DNA of 64,000 bases. Source: Geopsychrobacteraceae bacterium (GTDB taxonomy: Bacteria > Desulfobacterota > Desulfuromonadia > Desulfuromonadales > Geopsychrobacteraceae). Below, one piece after another: positions 56,737 to 64,000 of this stretch. The notes beneath the pieces are model-generated. The model worked only from the letters and a program-made list of their open reading frames with translations, ran no database searches and had not been told where the DNA came from. Both the position numbers and the translations under genes were made by a program. How positions within the stretch are numbered: the first letter of the stretch is position 1; every line of letters begins with the position of its first letter. The stretch spans positions 4,369-68,368 of the forward strand of contig DATFMC010000034.1 of the NCBI GenBank assembly GCA_035267105.1, in the 5' to 3' direction.

Positions 56737-58590
56737 TCACCTGAGAACGGCCTGCAACAAGAACCTGTAAAACCATTCCCGAGCTGTTCCGGGTTGATCC
56801 AGCCCCATACGCACAAGAGCTGCGACAGCCCTGTCGTCGGACTTTTTTCGCCATCCTTTAAGCAGCAGTTTGGCAATTGCCACTTTCGACCCTGCCTGGT
56901 CCGAAAGGTCTTGCAGTGCCAACGCCAGCCGTTCTTCGTTCTCATCGAACGCGCTTCCCAATGGAAAGATGGATAGCCGCTTCGACTGATCCGTGTTGAG
57001 AAGGTTTTCTTTGAGTATCTCAGGCGTGTTTCGTCGCAGAGGTTCGGGAACCTTGTAGTTCCCGGGGAGTTTGCCCGCTGATTTCGCGGACTCGACCAGT
57101 TCGTCTTGAAAGCGGGCATCAGTCACTGCCAGCATACGCCGGATAGTCTCGGCATCGCTCTGGTCTCGCAGATCTGCAATGCCATACTCGGTAATAACGA
57201 TATCTCGTAGATGCCGTGGGATTGTTACGTGGCCGTAGCTCCAACGAATGTTTGACTCCGTGCGACCGCCGCTGGTACGGGTTGCCGGCAGGGTGATCAC
57301 GGAACGAGCACCATCGAGGGCGAAGGCCATGGCGACGAAATCATATTGTCCTCCGACTCCGCTGACGACTTGGCCGTTCTCAAGGCCGTCCGAAACCACG
57401 GCGCCGAGTGCTGTGACGATTAAGGCACTGTTGATGAAACGCGCGTCGGTGCGCGCTGCGCGTTTGGCTTCTTCCTGGTGATAAAGCTGGTTGGTGAAGG
57501 AGACCGGCATCATGGCGATCTTGTCACGCAACTCATCAGGCAGCTTTCTGAGTTTCTCGTAAAACAGGGGGCTGCCGACAAAGAAACCGGCATGTAGTAC
57601 GGCACCGTCGACCTCGCGCTTAAGGATGCCGCCTTCAAGTAAATCCAGAAAACCCTCTACCAGCATTTCGCTTGATGAGTAAAGACCGTGGGAAAAGGAC
57701 GTAGGAGAAACGGCGACAGGGTTGGCTGCCCCAAGCGCATCCAGAAGCTTCCGATAATCGTTGTTTTTCCGTTGGCGCAACAATAAAGCATGACAGATTG
57801 CATCACCGATCGAACCAATTCCGACCTGCAGGGTGCCGCCATCCGGGACCAGGCTGGCAGCCTGCAGGCCGATAGCATGGTCAGCAAGCGAAACCGGCTG
57901 GTGTGGGAGTTTGAAAAGTGTGAAACCGGCTTGCTCACCAGTGAACAAAAGATCGAACTCCTCAACTGAACGCTCGGCATCCCCGCCCATAAAGGGGAGC
58001 TGATCGTTGACCTGGCCAACACTCAGAAAATCGGCCTTACCTTCTGCCCTGGCGCGAAACAGATCGACACTGATATCCGGGTTGCAGCTGAGACTGAAGC
58101 CTTTCTGATTCTCTCGTTCAGGAGGAGCAATTTGTTGAGCAAGGACGTTGAAGCCTGAGCGTAACAACGTATTTAAGGCGTGGGTGTAGTTGACAGAGAG
58201 ATAGTTCTGCTGGGCAGCCTGATTGTTGAGCCACTTGCCAGGCGCGAGGAAGAACTCCTGTACGCTGATGTTGTCCGGCAGGTCTCCGGCACGCATCAGC
58301 CTGGCGTAGCGCAGCTCGGGATATCCGGAAAAGAAGGTTTCCATGAGTGGCTCAAGGAAGCGCCGTTCCAGTTCGCTGCCAGCAATGGGCACTTCAAGGG
58401 TCAACGCGGTTTGGATACTCAGGGAGATCCCATCGTCCTGACAGGCGCGCTTGACCAGAGCATTGGCAACTCCGTTTGCCTTGCCGAGCCCGAGGGGCAG
58501 GGCGAGTCTGATCTGCTTGCCGACTCTGTCGATTATAGCATCGACAAGCTGATCGGCATCCTTGAACGATTGTGGTCTGTGTCCGGTCAT
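56737..58590 (-). CDS. Acetyl-CoA hydrolase/transferase family protein
   Basis: 617 aa. GIGSIGDA and SGVGGQYDFV segments resemble the CoA-transferase/hydrolase family. ATGA overlap with the upstream fad gene. Confidence 0.65.
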   Translation of the reverse strand: MTGHRPQSFKDADQLVDAIIDRVGKQIRLALPLGLGKANGVANALVKRACQDDGISLSIQTALTLEVPIAGSELERRFLEPLMETFFSGYPELRYARLMRAGDLPDNISVQEFFLAPGKWLNNQAAQQNYLSVNYTHALNTLLRSGFNVLAQQIAPPERENQKGFSLSCNPDISVDLFRARAEGKADFLSVGQVNDQLPFMGGDAERSVEEFDLLFTGEQAGFTLFKLPHQPVSLADHAIGLQAASLVPDGGTLQVGIGSIGDAICHALLLRQRKNNDYRKLLDALGAANPVAVSPTSFSHGLYSSSEMLVEGFLDLLEGGILKREVDGAVLHAGFFVGSPLFYEKLRKLPDELRDKIAMMPVSFTNQLYHQEEAKRAARTDARFINSALIVTALGAVVSDGLENGQVVSGVGGQYDFVAMAFALDGARSVITLPATRTSGGRTESNIRWSYGHVTIPRHLRDIVITEYGIADLRDQSDAETIRRMLAVTDARFQDELVESAKSAGKLPGNYKVPEPLRRNTPEILKENLLNTDQSKRLSIFPLGSAFDENEERLALALQDLSDQAGSKVAIAKLLLKGWRKKSDDRAVAALVRMGLDQPGTAREWFYRFLLQAVLR

Positions 58591-60689
58591 CTATCCTCGG
58601 TCCAGCCGGGGTCCGGTTTGAATCTCTTCCCGTATTTCGCGGAAAGTTTCTCCAGGCGCTCGATGATCTTAACGTAGCCTTGGCTTCTGGCGTAGTGCAT
58701 CGGGCCACCTCGAAACGGAGCGAATCCGGTCCCGAAGATCACCGCGCCATCGAGCAACTCCTTGTCGGCGATGATCCCCTTACGCAGGCAAGTCATGCAG
58801 GCATTCAGCATCGGCAGCAGCAGTCGGTCGAGTAGATCATCGCCCGGTTCTTCGGCGTCCTTGTTCTTTTGCGGTTTGTCATTTTTCCAGGAATAGAACC
58901 CTTGACCGGACTTGCGGCCAAGATCACCACTTTCCACTCTGCTACGGAACCAGTCGGGCAGTTTCGGTAGCGGCTGGTCGAGTCGTTCGGCGAGCATCTC
59001 GGCGACATCGAGGCAGATGTCGAGACCAACATGGTCGGCGAGTTCGACCGGACCCATAGGCATGCCGTACTTTTCGACCGTCCGGTCGATGGTTTCAGCG
59101 GCGACACCCTCGTCGATCAACAGGATCGCTTCGAGCAGGTAGGGCATGAGCACCCGGTTGACGAGAAATCCCGGCGCGCTCTTGACCGGGGCCGGAAAGC
59201 GGCTGATCTGCCCGACGAAGGCATTCGCCTGTGCTCGAGTGGTTTTTGTGGCCCGCGCTTGATCGACCACCTCAACGAGCTGCATCTTGGCGACCGGGTT
59301 GAAAAAGTGCAGACCGATGAAGCGTCCCGGCTTCTCGAGCACGCTGGCCAGTTCCTTGAGTGGAATACTGGACGTGTTGGTCGCCAGCAGGGCGCCCTGC
59401 TTCAGACGAGGTTCGATCTCCTTGTAGACTTGATGCTTGATATCAAGTTTCTCCGGGACAGCTTCGATCACCAGGTCAGCCTTGTCGACGCCCAGATTGT
59501 CGGGATCGGGAATCAGCCGATCGAGCACGTCCCGGGTCTCGGATGCCGAACGATGCTTCTTTTCGCACAGCTCGGCGGTTCTGCGGATAACGTCTGCTAT
59601 GGTCTCGATCTGCGGATCGTGAAGAGTGACATGCAAGCCCTGGAATGCACACCACCCGGCGATATCGCCGCCCATGGCACCGGCCCCGACAACATGGACC
59701 CGGACGATCTTCTGATCAGTCGCTTTAGCCAGCTTTTTCATTTTCTCGCTGAGGAAAAAGACCCTGATCAGGTTCTGAGCCGTGTCACCGGTCAGCAGGC
59801 TGGCAAAAGAGACAATCTCGGCCTGACGCATCTGTTTGCTGTCCCCGCCATGTTCCTCCCAGAGCCGGATCAACGCCTCAGGTGCCGGGTAATGCTCCGG
59901 CGCTGCTTTCTCGGAACTCTTTGCACGCATCTGCCGGGCTTCGATCTGGCGAGCCGGACCTGTTGTCAGAAGGCGATCCTTGATGCCACCTTCATGGGCC
60001 TTCAACCTTCCTTCGAAGGCAGCCCGAACCGCGTTGACAACATGCCGTTCTTCTATGACCGCATCGACCAGTCCCTTCTGCTTTGAGCGGCGGGCGTCGA
60101 GGGTCTTGCCTGTCAACATCAGTGTCATCGCCTCGAGCGGATCGATCAGGTGGGTCAGGCGCGCAGTGCCGCCAAGCCCCGGGTGCAGGCCGAGACGAAT
60201 CTCTGGCAGGCCGAGCTTGGCGTCGGGCAAAGCCAGTCGATAGTCACAGCAAAGGGCCACTTCCAACCCACCGCCGAGACAGGCCCCGTGGATCAAGGCA
60301 ACGGTCGGACAGGACAGGGCGGCGAGACGATCAGCGATGGCGTGAGCCTCCTGTAACCTGACAAGGACCTCCTTCTCATCGTTCAGTTCCTGAAACTGCG
60401 TGATGTCGGCCCCGGCGCAGAAACCGGAAGCCTTTGCCGAACGAATAATCAGACCTTTGGGTATCTGCAACTCAAGGTGTCCAATCACTTCACCGAGCTC
60501 AACGATAGTCTCTTGTGAAAGGACATTGATCGAGCTGTTTTGCATATCGAAGAACAGCCACGCAATCTCCTTGTCGTCAAAAGCGAGTTTCCAGTTCTGC
60601 CAGGAGTGTTCTTGATTGACAGTGCTGTCCGCCAAAGGTCCCAACTCCATTGCGCGGCTATTCAGGTGAGACAGAATCGGTCCAGTCAT
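58587..60689 (-). CDS. fadJ: Fatty-acid oxidation multifunctional protein (enoyl-CoA hydratase / 3-hydroxyacyl-CoA dehydrogenase)
   Basis: N-terminal crotonase fold (FCAGADI...GGGLE) followed by VVGAGAMGGDIA, the Rossmann motif of the HAD domain. Confidence 0.88.
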   Translation of the reverse strand: MTGPILSHLNSRAMELGPLADSTVNQEHSWQNWKLAFDDKEIAWLFFDMQNSSINVLSQETIVELGEVIGHLELQIPKGLIIRSAKASGFCAGADITQFQELNDEKEVLVRLQEAHAIADRLAALSCPTVALIHGACLGGGLEVALCCDYRLALPDAKLGLPEIRLGLHPGLGGTARLTHLIDPLEAMTLMLTGKTLDARRSKQKGLVDAVIEERHVVNAVRAAFEGRLKAHEGGIKDRLLTTGPARQIEARQMRAKSSEKAAPEHYPAPEALIRLWEEHGGDSKQMRQAEIVSFASLLTGDTAQNLIRVFFLSEKMKKLAKATDQKIVRVHVVGAGAMGGDIAGWCAFQGLHVTLHDPQIETIADVIRRTAELCEKKHRSASETRDVLDRLIPDPDNLGVDKADLVIEAVPEKLDIKHQVYKEIEPRLKQGALLATNTSSIPLKELASVLEKPGRFIGLHFFNPVAKMQLVEVVDQARATKTTRAQANAFVGQISRFPAPVKSAPGFLVNRVLMPYLLEAILLIDEGVAAETIDRTVEKYGMPMGPVELADHVGLDICLDVAEMLAERLDQPLPKLPDWFRSRVESGDLGRKSGQGFYSWKNDKPQKNKDAEEPGDDLLDRLLLPMLNACMTCLRKGIIADKELLDGAVIFGTGFAPFRGGPMHYARSQGYVKIIERLEKLSAKYGKRFKPDPGWTEDR

Positions 60690-60700
60690 GGTCTTTTCTC

Positions 60701-62029
60701 CTATGTCGTCTCAATCAGCATGGCCCCGGCCTGGCCTCCGCCGATACATTCCGTGGCGATCCCCCGTTTGACCCCGTGTCGACGTAGCGCATTGACCAGA
60801 TGAAGGACGATCCGGTTACCGCTGGTGCCGACCGGGTGACCGAGGCTGATGGCGCCACCGTCGACATTGAGAGTCGAACGGTCGATGGTCCCGAGCGGCT
60901 GCTTGCGATCAAGGATGGTCGCGCAGAAATCAGCATCCTCCATCGCTTTCAGACAGGCAAGCACCTGAACGGCGAAAGCCTCGTTAATTTCCCAGAGATC
61001 AATCTTTTCGCTTCGCAGCCGATTGTTCTTCAACAGCATGTCGATCGCCAGCACCGGAGTGAGTCCCATGATCCCTGGATCGATTGCGCTCCAGGCACTG
61101 TCACGGATCACCGCACGTGGTTCGAGCTTGTGTTTCTTGACCGCGGTTTCTGATGCGAGAATAACCCAGGATGCACCGTCGGTGACCTGAGAGCTGTTTC
61201 CGGCTGTGACCTGACCATAGGGCCTTTCGAAAACCGGCTCGAGCCTGGCCAGTGCTTCGACCGATGTGTCACTGCGGACTCCATCGTCTTTGGTGAAGAT
61301 TTCCCCTTCGGAACTGAAGGCCGGCGTGACCTCGTTGTCAAGATAGGTTTCTTGCTGGGCCCTGGCGAGACGCTGATGACTGATGACCGCGTACTGGTCG
61401 GCGTCCTCGCGTTTGATGGAGAAGAGCTGGCCCAAGACCTCGGCGGTCTCGCCCATACTCAGGCCGACAATCGGATCGGTCAGTCCCTGCTTGAGTGAGA
61501 CCACCGGCATGAAGTAATCAGCTTTGACGTCAGTCAACTGTCGGGCGCGCTCAAGCAGAGAGTCAGCGCCCCGCATGGAGGCCAACCATTCAACAGCGTC
61601 CTGCTTGACCTGCATCGGTGCATGACTGAGCGCTTCGGTCCCGCCTGCCAGCACCAGTTCCCGTGAGCCTTCTCGGATTGATCGGAACGCCGAGTCGATA
61701 GATTGCATGCCGGAGCCGCAATTGATCTGCACGGTATAAGCGCGCATTTTTTCGCCCATCCCCAGCCGCAGTGCGGCGACCCGGGCCGGATTCATCTCGT
61801 TGGCCAGGACGTTAACGCAGCCGAGAATGACCTGGTCGAAAGCCTCCGCAGGGAATGGCTGACGTAGCAGTAGTGGACGACCGCACTGGACAGCGAGATC
61901 GACGGGTGAAAAAGGACCCGGTTTACCACGGACTTTAAGAAACGGGGTACGGGCTCCGTCGATCAGATAGACGGGCCGTTTGGCTGCAGGAGCCACTCGA
62001 TTCGTTTTGCTGCGTGTCTGGCTCATCAC
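60701..62029 (-). CDS. fadI: Acetyl-CoA C-acyltransferase (thiolase)
   Basis: INCGSGMQ active-site Cys region, and NVDGGAISLGHPVGTSG...CIGGGQG at the C-terminus. Confidence 0.9.
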   Translation of the reverse strand: MMSQTRSKTNRVAPAAKRPVYLIDGARTPFLKVRGKPGPFSPVDLAVQCGRPLLLRQPFPAEAFDQVILGCVNVLANEMNPARVAALRLGMGEKMRAYTVQINCGSGMQSIDSAFRSIREGSRELVLAGGTEALSHAPMQVKQDAVEWLASMRGADSLLERARQLTDVKADYFMPVVSLKQGLTDPIVGLSMGETAEVLGQLFSIKREDADQYAVISHQRLARAQQETYLDNEVTPAFSSEGEIFTKDDGVRSDTSVEALARLEPVFERPYGQVTAGNSSQVTDGASWVILASETAVKKHKLEPRAVIRDSAWSAIDPGIMGLTPVLAIDMLLKNNRLRSEKIDLWEINEAFAVQVLACLKAMEDADFCATILDRKQPLGTIDRSTLNVDGGAISLGHPVGTSGNRIVLHLVNALRRHGVKRGIATECIGGGQAGAMLIETT

Positions 62030-64000
62030 TGCTCCTTGTCGGTTTCAGCGTCCGATTTGATGGAAAAATTAAGCTCTCCCAACTCTTCAGCAGAAAAATC
62101 ATCAACGGCGATCACCCCTGCGACCAGGTTCTGAGCTTCTTCGAGCTGCTTAGCTTCTGCGTCTGTGATCAGTCCCTTCTCCAGGGCATCTTCAATCCCG
62201 TTGCAGAGCGCATCACGGATACGCTCGGTAATGGGTTGCAGCTCGCAGGTCAGTTCAAAGGCCCGTTCCAGCTCGGCAATACTGTTATTTGCTCCCGGCT
62301 CAAGAAACAGTCCTGCGGTAAGACGGTCTCGAACCTCAGAGGGCTCTACCAGCAGATCAGCGCAGCGCTGAACCAGTTTGTCAGATGGGCCGGTCTGCCT
62401 CACCCCGAAGGGGAGCAGAAAAAACCGGAGCAGCCAGGCTGCCGGACGTATCGGCATGTTGCGGATGATCGCGTCTATTCGCTGTTCGATGGTCGCCATG
62501 CCTCGGCGCAAACAGTAGTGAAGAAGCGGCAGGTCCTCTTCAATGCGACCCTCATCTTTCCAGCGTTTAAGTACCGCCGAAAGAAAGTAGAGTTCCGAGA
62601 GAATGTCACCGAAGCGTGCCGACAGCATCTCCTTCCGTTTCAGACCGCCACCGAGTAGCAGCAGGGCGGCATCGGCCATTACCGCAAAAGCTGCTGCATA
62701 CCGATTCAACTGGCGGTAATAGGGTTTGGCCGGTCCTTCGTCAGGCGATCGGCCAAACTGGCCGAAGCTCCAGCTTGTCCACCATGCCCGAAAAAAGGTT
62801 TTCACACTGTGGGCGACATGTCCCCAGAAACTTTCGTCAAAGCGCTCCAAAGCCTGCTGGGGATCGTTCTCCTCGAGAGCCATCATCTCCTTGAGCACCC
62901 AGGGATGACAACGGATTGCTCCCTGACCGAAGATGATCATGCTGCGGGTGAGGATGTTTGCACCTTCAACCGTGATACCGACCGGGACAGCCCGATAAGA
63001 ATCGGAAAGATAGTTGCCGGGGCCATCGATTACTGTTTTACCGGCATGAACATCCATAGCGTGGTCGACGGAGTCGCGCATCATGTAGGTAGCGTGGACT
63101 TTCATGATCGCTGAAATGACCGAAAGGTTGTGCCCCTGGTCCAACCCGGCGCAGGTTAATCGCCGGGCGCTATCCAGCAGGTAGGCGTTGGCCGCCAGGG
63201 GGCCCAGGCGCTCCTGAATTCCTTCGAACTTGGCGATCGGGATTTTGAATTGTTGGCGGATGCGGGCATAGGCACCCGTGGTTCGTGCGCAAAGGGCGGT
63301 TGCCGACGCCGAAAGAGATGGGAGCGAGACGCCACGACCGGCAGCGAGAGCGCTCATCAACATCGGCCACCCTTTGCCGATCTGCTCCTGACCACCGATG
63401 ATATGGTCAAACGAGATAAAGACATCTTTGCCTTCGGTCGGTCCGTTCAGAAACATCTGGAAGGCAGGAATGTGCCGCCGGCCGGTAACGACTCCCGGAA
63501 GGTCGGTTGGAACCAGGGCGACAGTGATTCCTCGTTCAACCTCATCTCCCAGCAGGTGATCGGGGTCGTAGAGTTTGAAGGCGAGACCAAGTACCGTTGC
63601 CACCGGACTGAGGGTGATGTAGCGTTTGTTCCAATTCAGTTCGATGCCAAGGGTCTCTTCACCGTCGACGTTTTTTTTGCAGACGATACCTGAGTCGATC
63701 ATTGCCGCTGCGTCGGAGCCGGCTTCACTGCTGGTCAGGGCAAAGCTGGGTAGTTCTCGGCCGTCCGCCAGGCGGGGTAGCCAATAATCCTGTTGTGCTT
63801 CCGTGCCGAACAGCATCAGCAGTTCCGCGGGGCCAAGAGAGTTGGGGACCATGACCGTGACTGCCGCAACCACTGATCTGGAAGCGATGGTGCGAATGAC
63901 TTCCGAGTTCGCATAGGCTGAGAACTCAAGCCCCCCATATTCTCTGGGGATGATCATGGCGAAAAACTTTTCCTGCTTCAGATACTCCCAGACCTGATGA
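62026..64000 (-). CDS. fadE: Large FadE-type acyl-CoA dehydrogenase (N-terminus outside the window)
   Basis: The reading frame stays open to nt 64000 (...HQVWEYLKQEKFFAMIIPREYGGLEF...). ACAD middle and C-terminal domains plus the FadE-specific C-terminal extension. Confidence 0.88.
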   Translation of the reverse strand, partial: HQVWEYLKQEKFFAMIIPREYGGLEFSAYANSEVIRTIASRSVVAAVTVMVPNSLGPAELLMLFGTEAQQDYWLPRLADGRELPSFALTSSEAGSDAAAMIDSGIVCKKNVDGEETLGIELNWNKRYITLSPVATVLGLAFKLYDPDHLLGDEVERGITVALVPTDLPGVVTGRRHIPAFQMFLNGPTEGKDVFISFDHIIGGQEQIGKGWPMLMSALAAGRGVSLPSLSASATALCARTTGAYARIRQQFKIPIAKFEGIQERLGPLAANAYLLDSARRLTCAGLDQGHNLSVISAIMKVHATYMMRDSVDHAMDVHAGKTVIDGPGNYLSDSYRAVPVGITVEGANILTRSMIIFGQGAIRCHPWVLKEMMALEENDPQQALERFDESFWGHVAHSVKTFFRAWWTSWSFGQFGRSPDEGPAKPYYRQLNRYAAAFAVMADAALLLLGGGLKRKEMLSARFGDILSELYFLSAVLKRWKDEGRIEEDLPLLHYCLRRGMATIEQRIDAIIRNMPIRPAAWLLRFFLLPFGVRQTGPSDKLVQRCADLLVEPSEVRDRLTAGLFLEPGANNSIAELERAFELTCELQPITERIRDALCNGIEDALEKGLITDAEAKQLEEAQNLVAGVIAVDDFSAEELGELNFSIKSDAETDKEQ

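Noticed and set aside
59031-60086. 351-aa plus-strand ORF antisense to the fadJ-like gene. The same pattern occurs at 46852..47871 (antisense to acnA), at 26107..26877 and at 28658..29362 (antisense to the barrel and octahaem genes).
   Set aside because: All are antisense shadows of genes with unmistakable family motifs. None has an RBS or domain signature.
1-64000. Search for CRISPR arrays, IS elements or transposases, integrases, phage genes, toxin-antitoxin or other defence modules, rRNA and tRNA.
   Set aside because: I saw no spaced direct repeat arrays, terminal inverted repeats flanking transposase-like ORFs, recombinase motifs or structured RNA gene signatures. The window reads as core chromosome.

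Overview
This 64 kb window looks like ordinary chromosomal DNA from a Desulfuromonadales/Geobacter-like anaerobe. That assignment is an inference from gene content: selenocysteine formate dehydrogenase with an NrfD-type membrane subunit, multihaem cytochromes, and many sigma-54 regulators. I found no rRNA, tRNA, CRISPR array, IS element, integrase or obvious defence system.

Gene content, in order:
- 1-10.5 kb: a 5'-truncated chemoreceptor, a haem c/CopD-like/cytochrome b5-like membrane fusion protein, an M42-like peptidase, a PAS protein, a Kv-type K+ channel, two AEC transporters, a SelW/Rdx-like selenoprotein missed by the ORF track (in-frame UGA), a frameshifted pseudogene, an MFS transporter and a SPOR-NlpC/P60 lipoprotein.
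- 10.5-19.9 kb (minus strand): fdhA (Sec) - fdhB - nrfD-like - fdhD::mobA fusion - [Moco-type riboswitch] - tupC - [Moco-type riboswitch] - tupA - tupB. A perfect sigma-54 promoter sits in front.
- 20.1-29.4 kb (plus strand): a sigma-54 response regulator, a histidine kinase, a PAS-type sigma-54 activator with duplicated Cys motifs, then a sigma-54-type promoter driving monohaem cytochrome c, a large coiled-coil/beta-barrel outer-membrane protein and an octahaem OTR-family cytochrome.
- 29.6-64 kb: housekeeping genes. These are a CPA2 antiporter, tolQRAB-pal-ybgF, a DUF2064 protein with folE2 and queC, pyk, mrcA, marR, a GDPD-family glycerophosphodiester phosphodiesterase, tpm, an EamA-type transporter, trmO, acnA, nth, ppi, gpsA, gyrA and a beta-oxidation operon whose first gene, the acyl-CoA dehydrogenase, runs off the window edge at its 5' end.

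The most interesting items:
- the sigma-54-controlled cytochrome c / OM barrel / octahaem module and its Cys-rich PAS activator;
- the two selenoproteins;
- the two Moco-class riboswitches embedded in the fdh-tup unit.

All calls come from reading the sequence and remembered family signatures. No searches were run.
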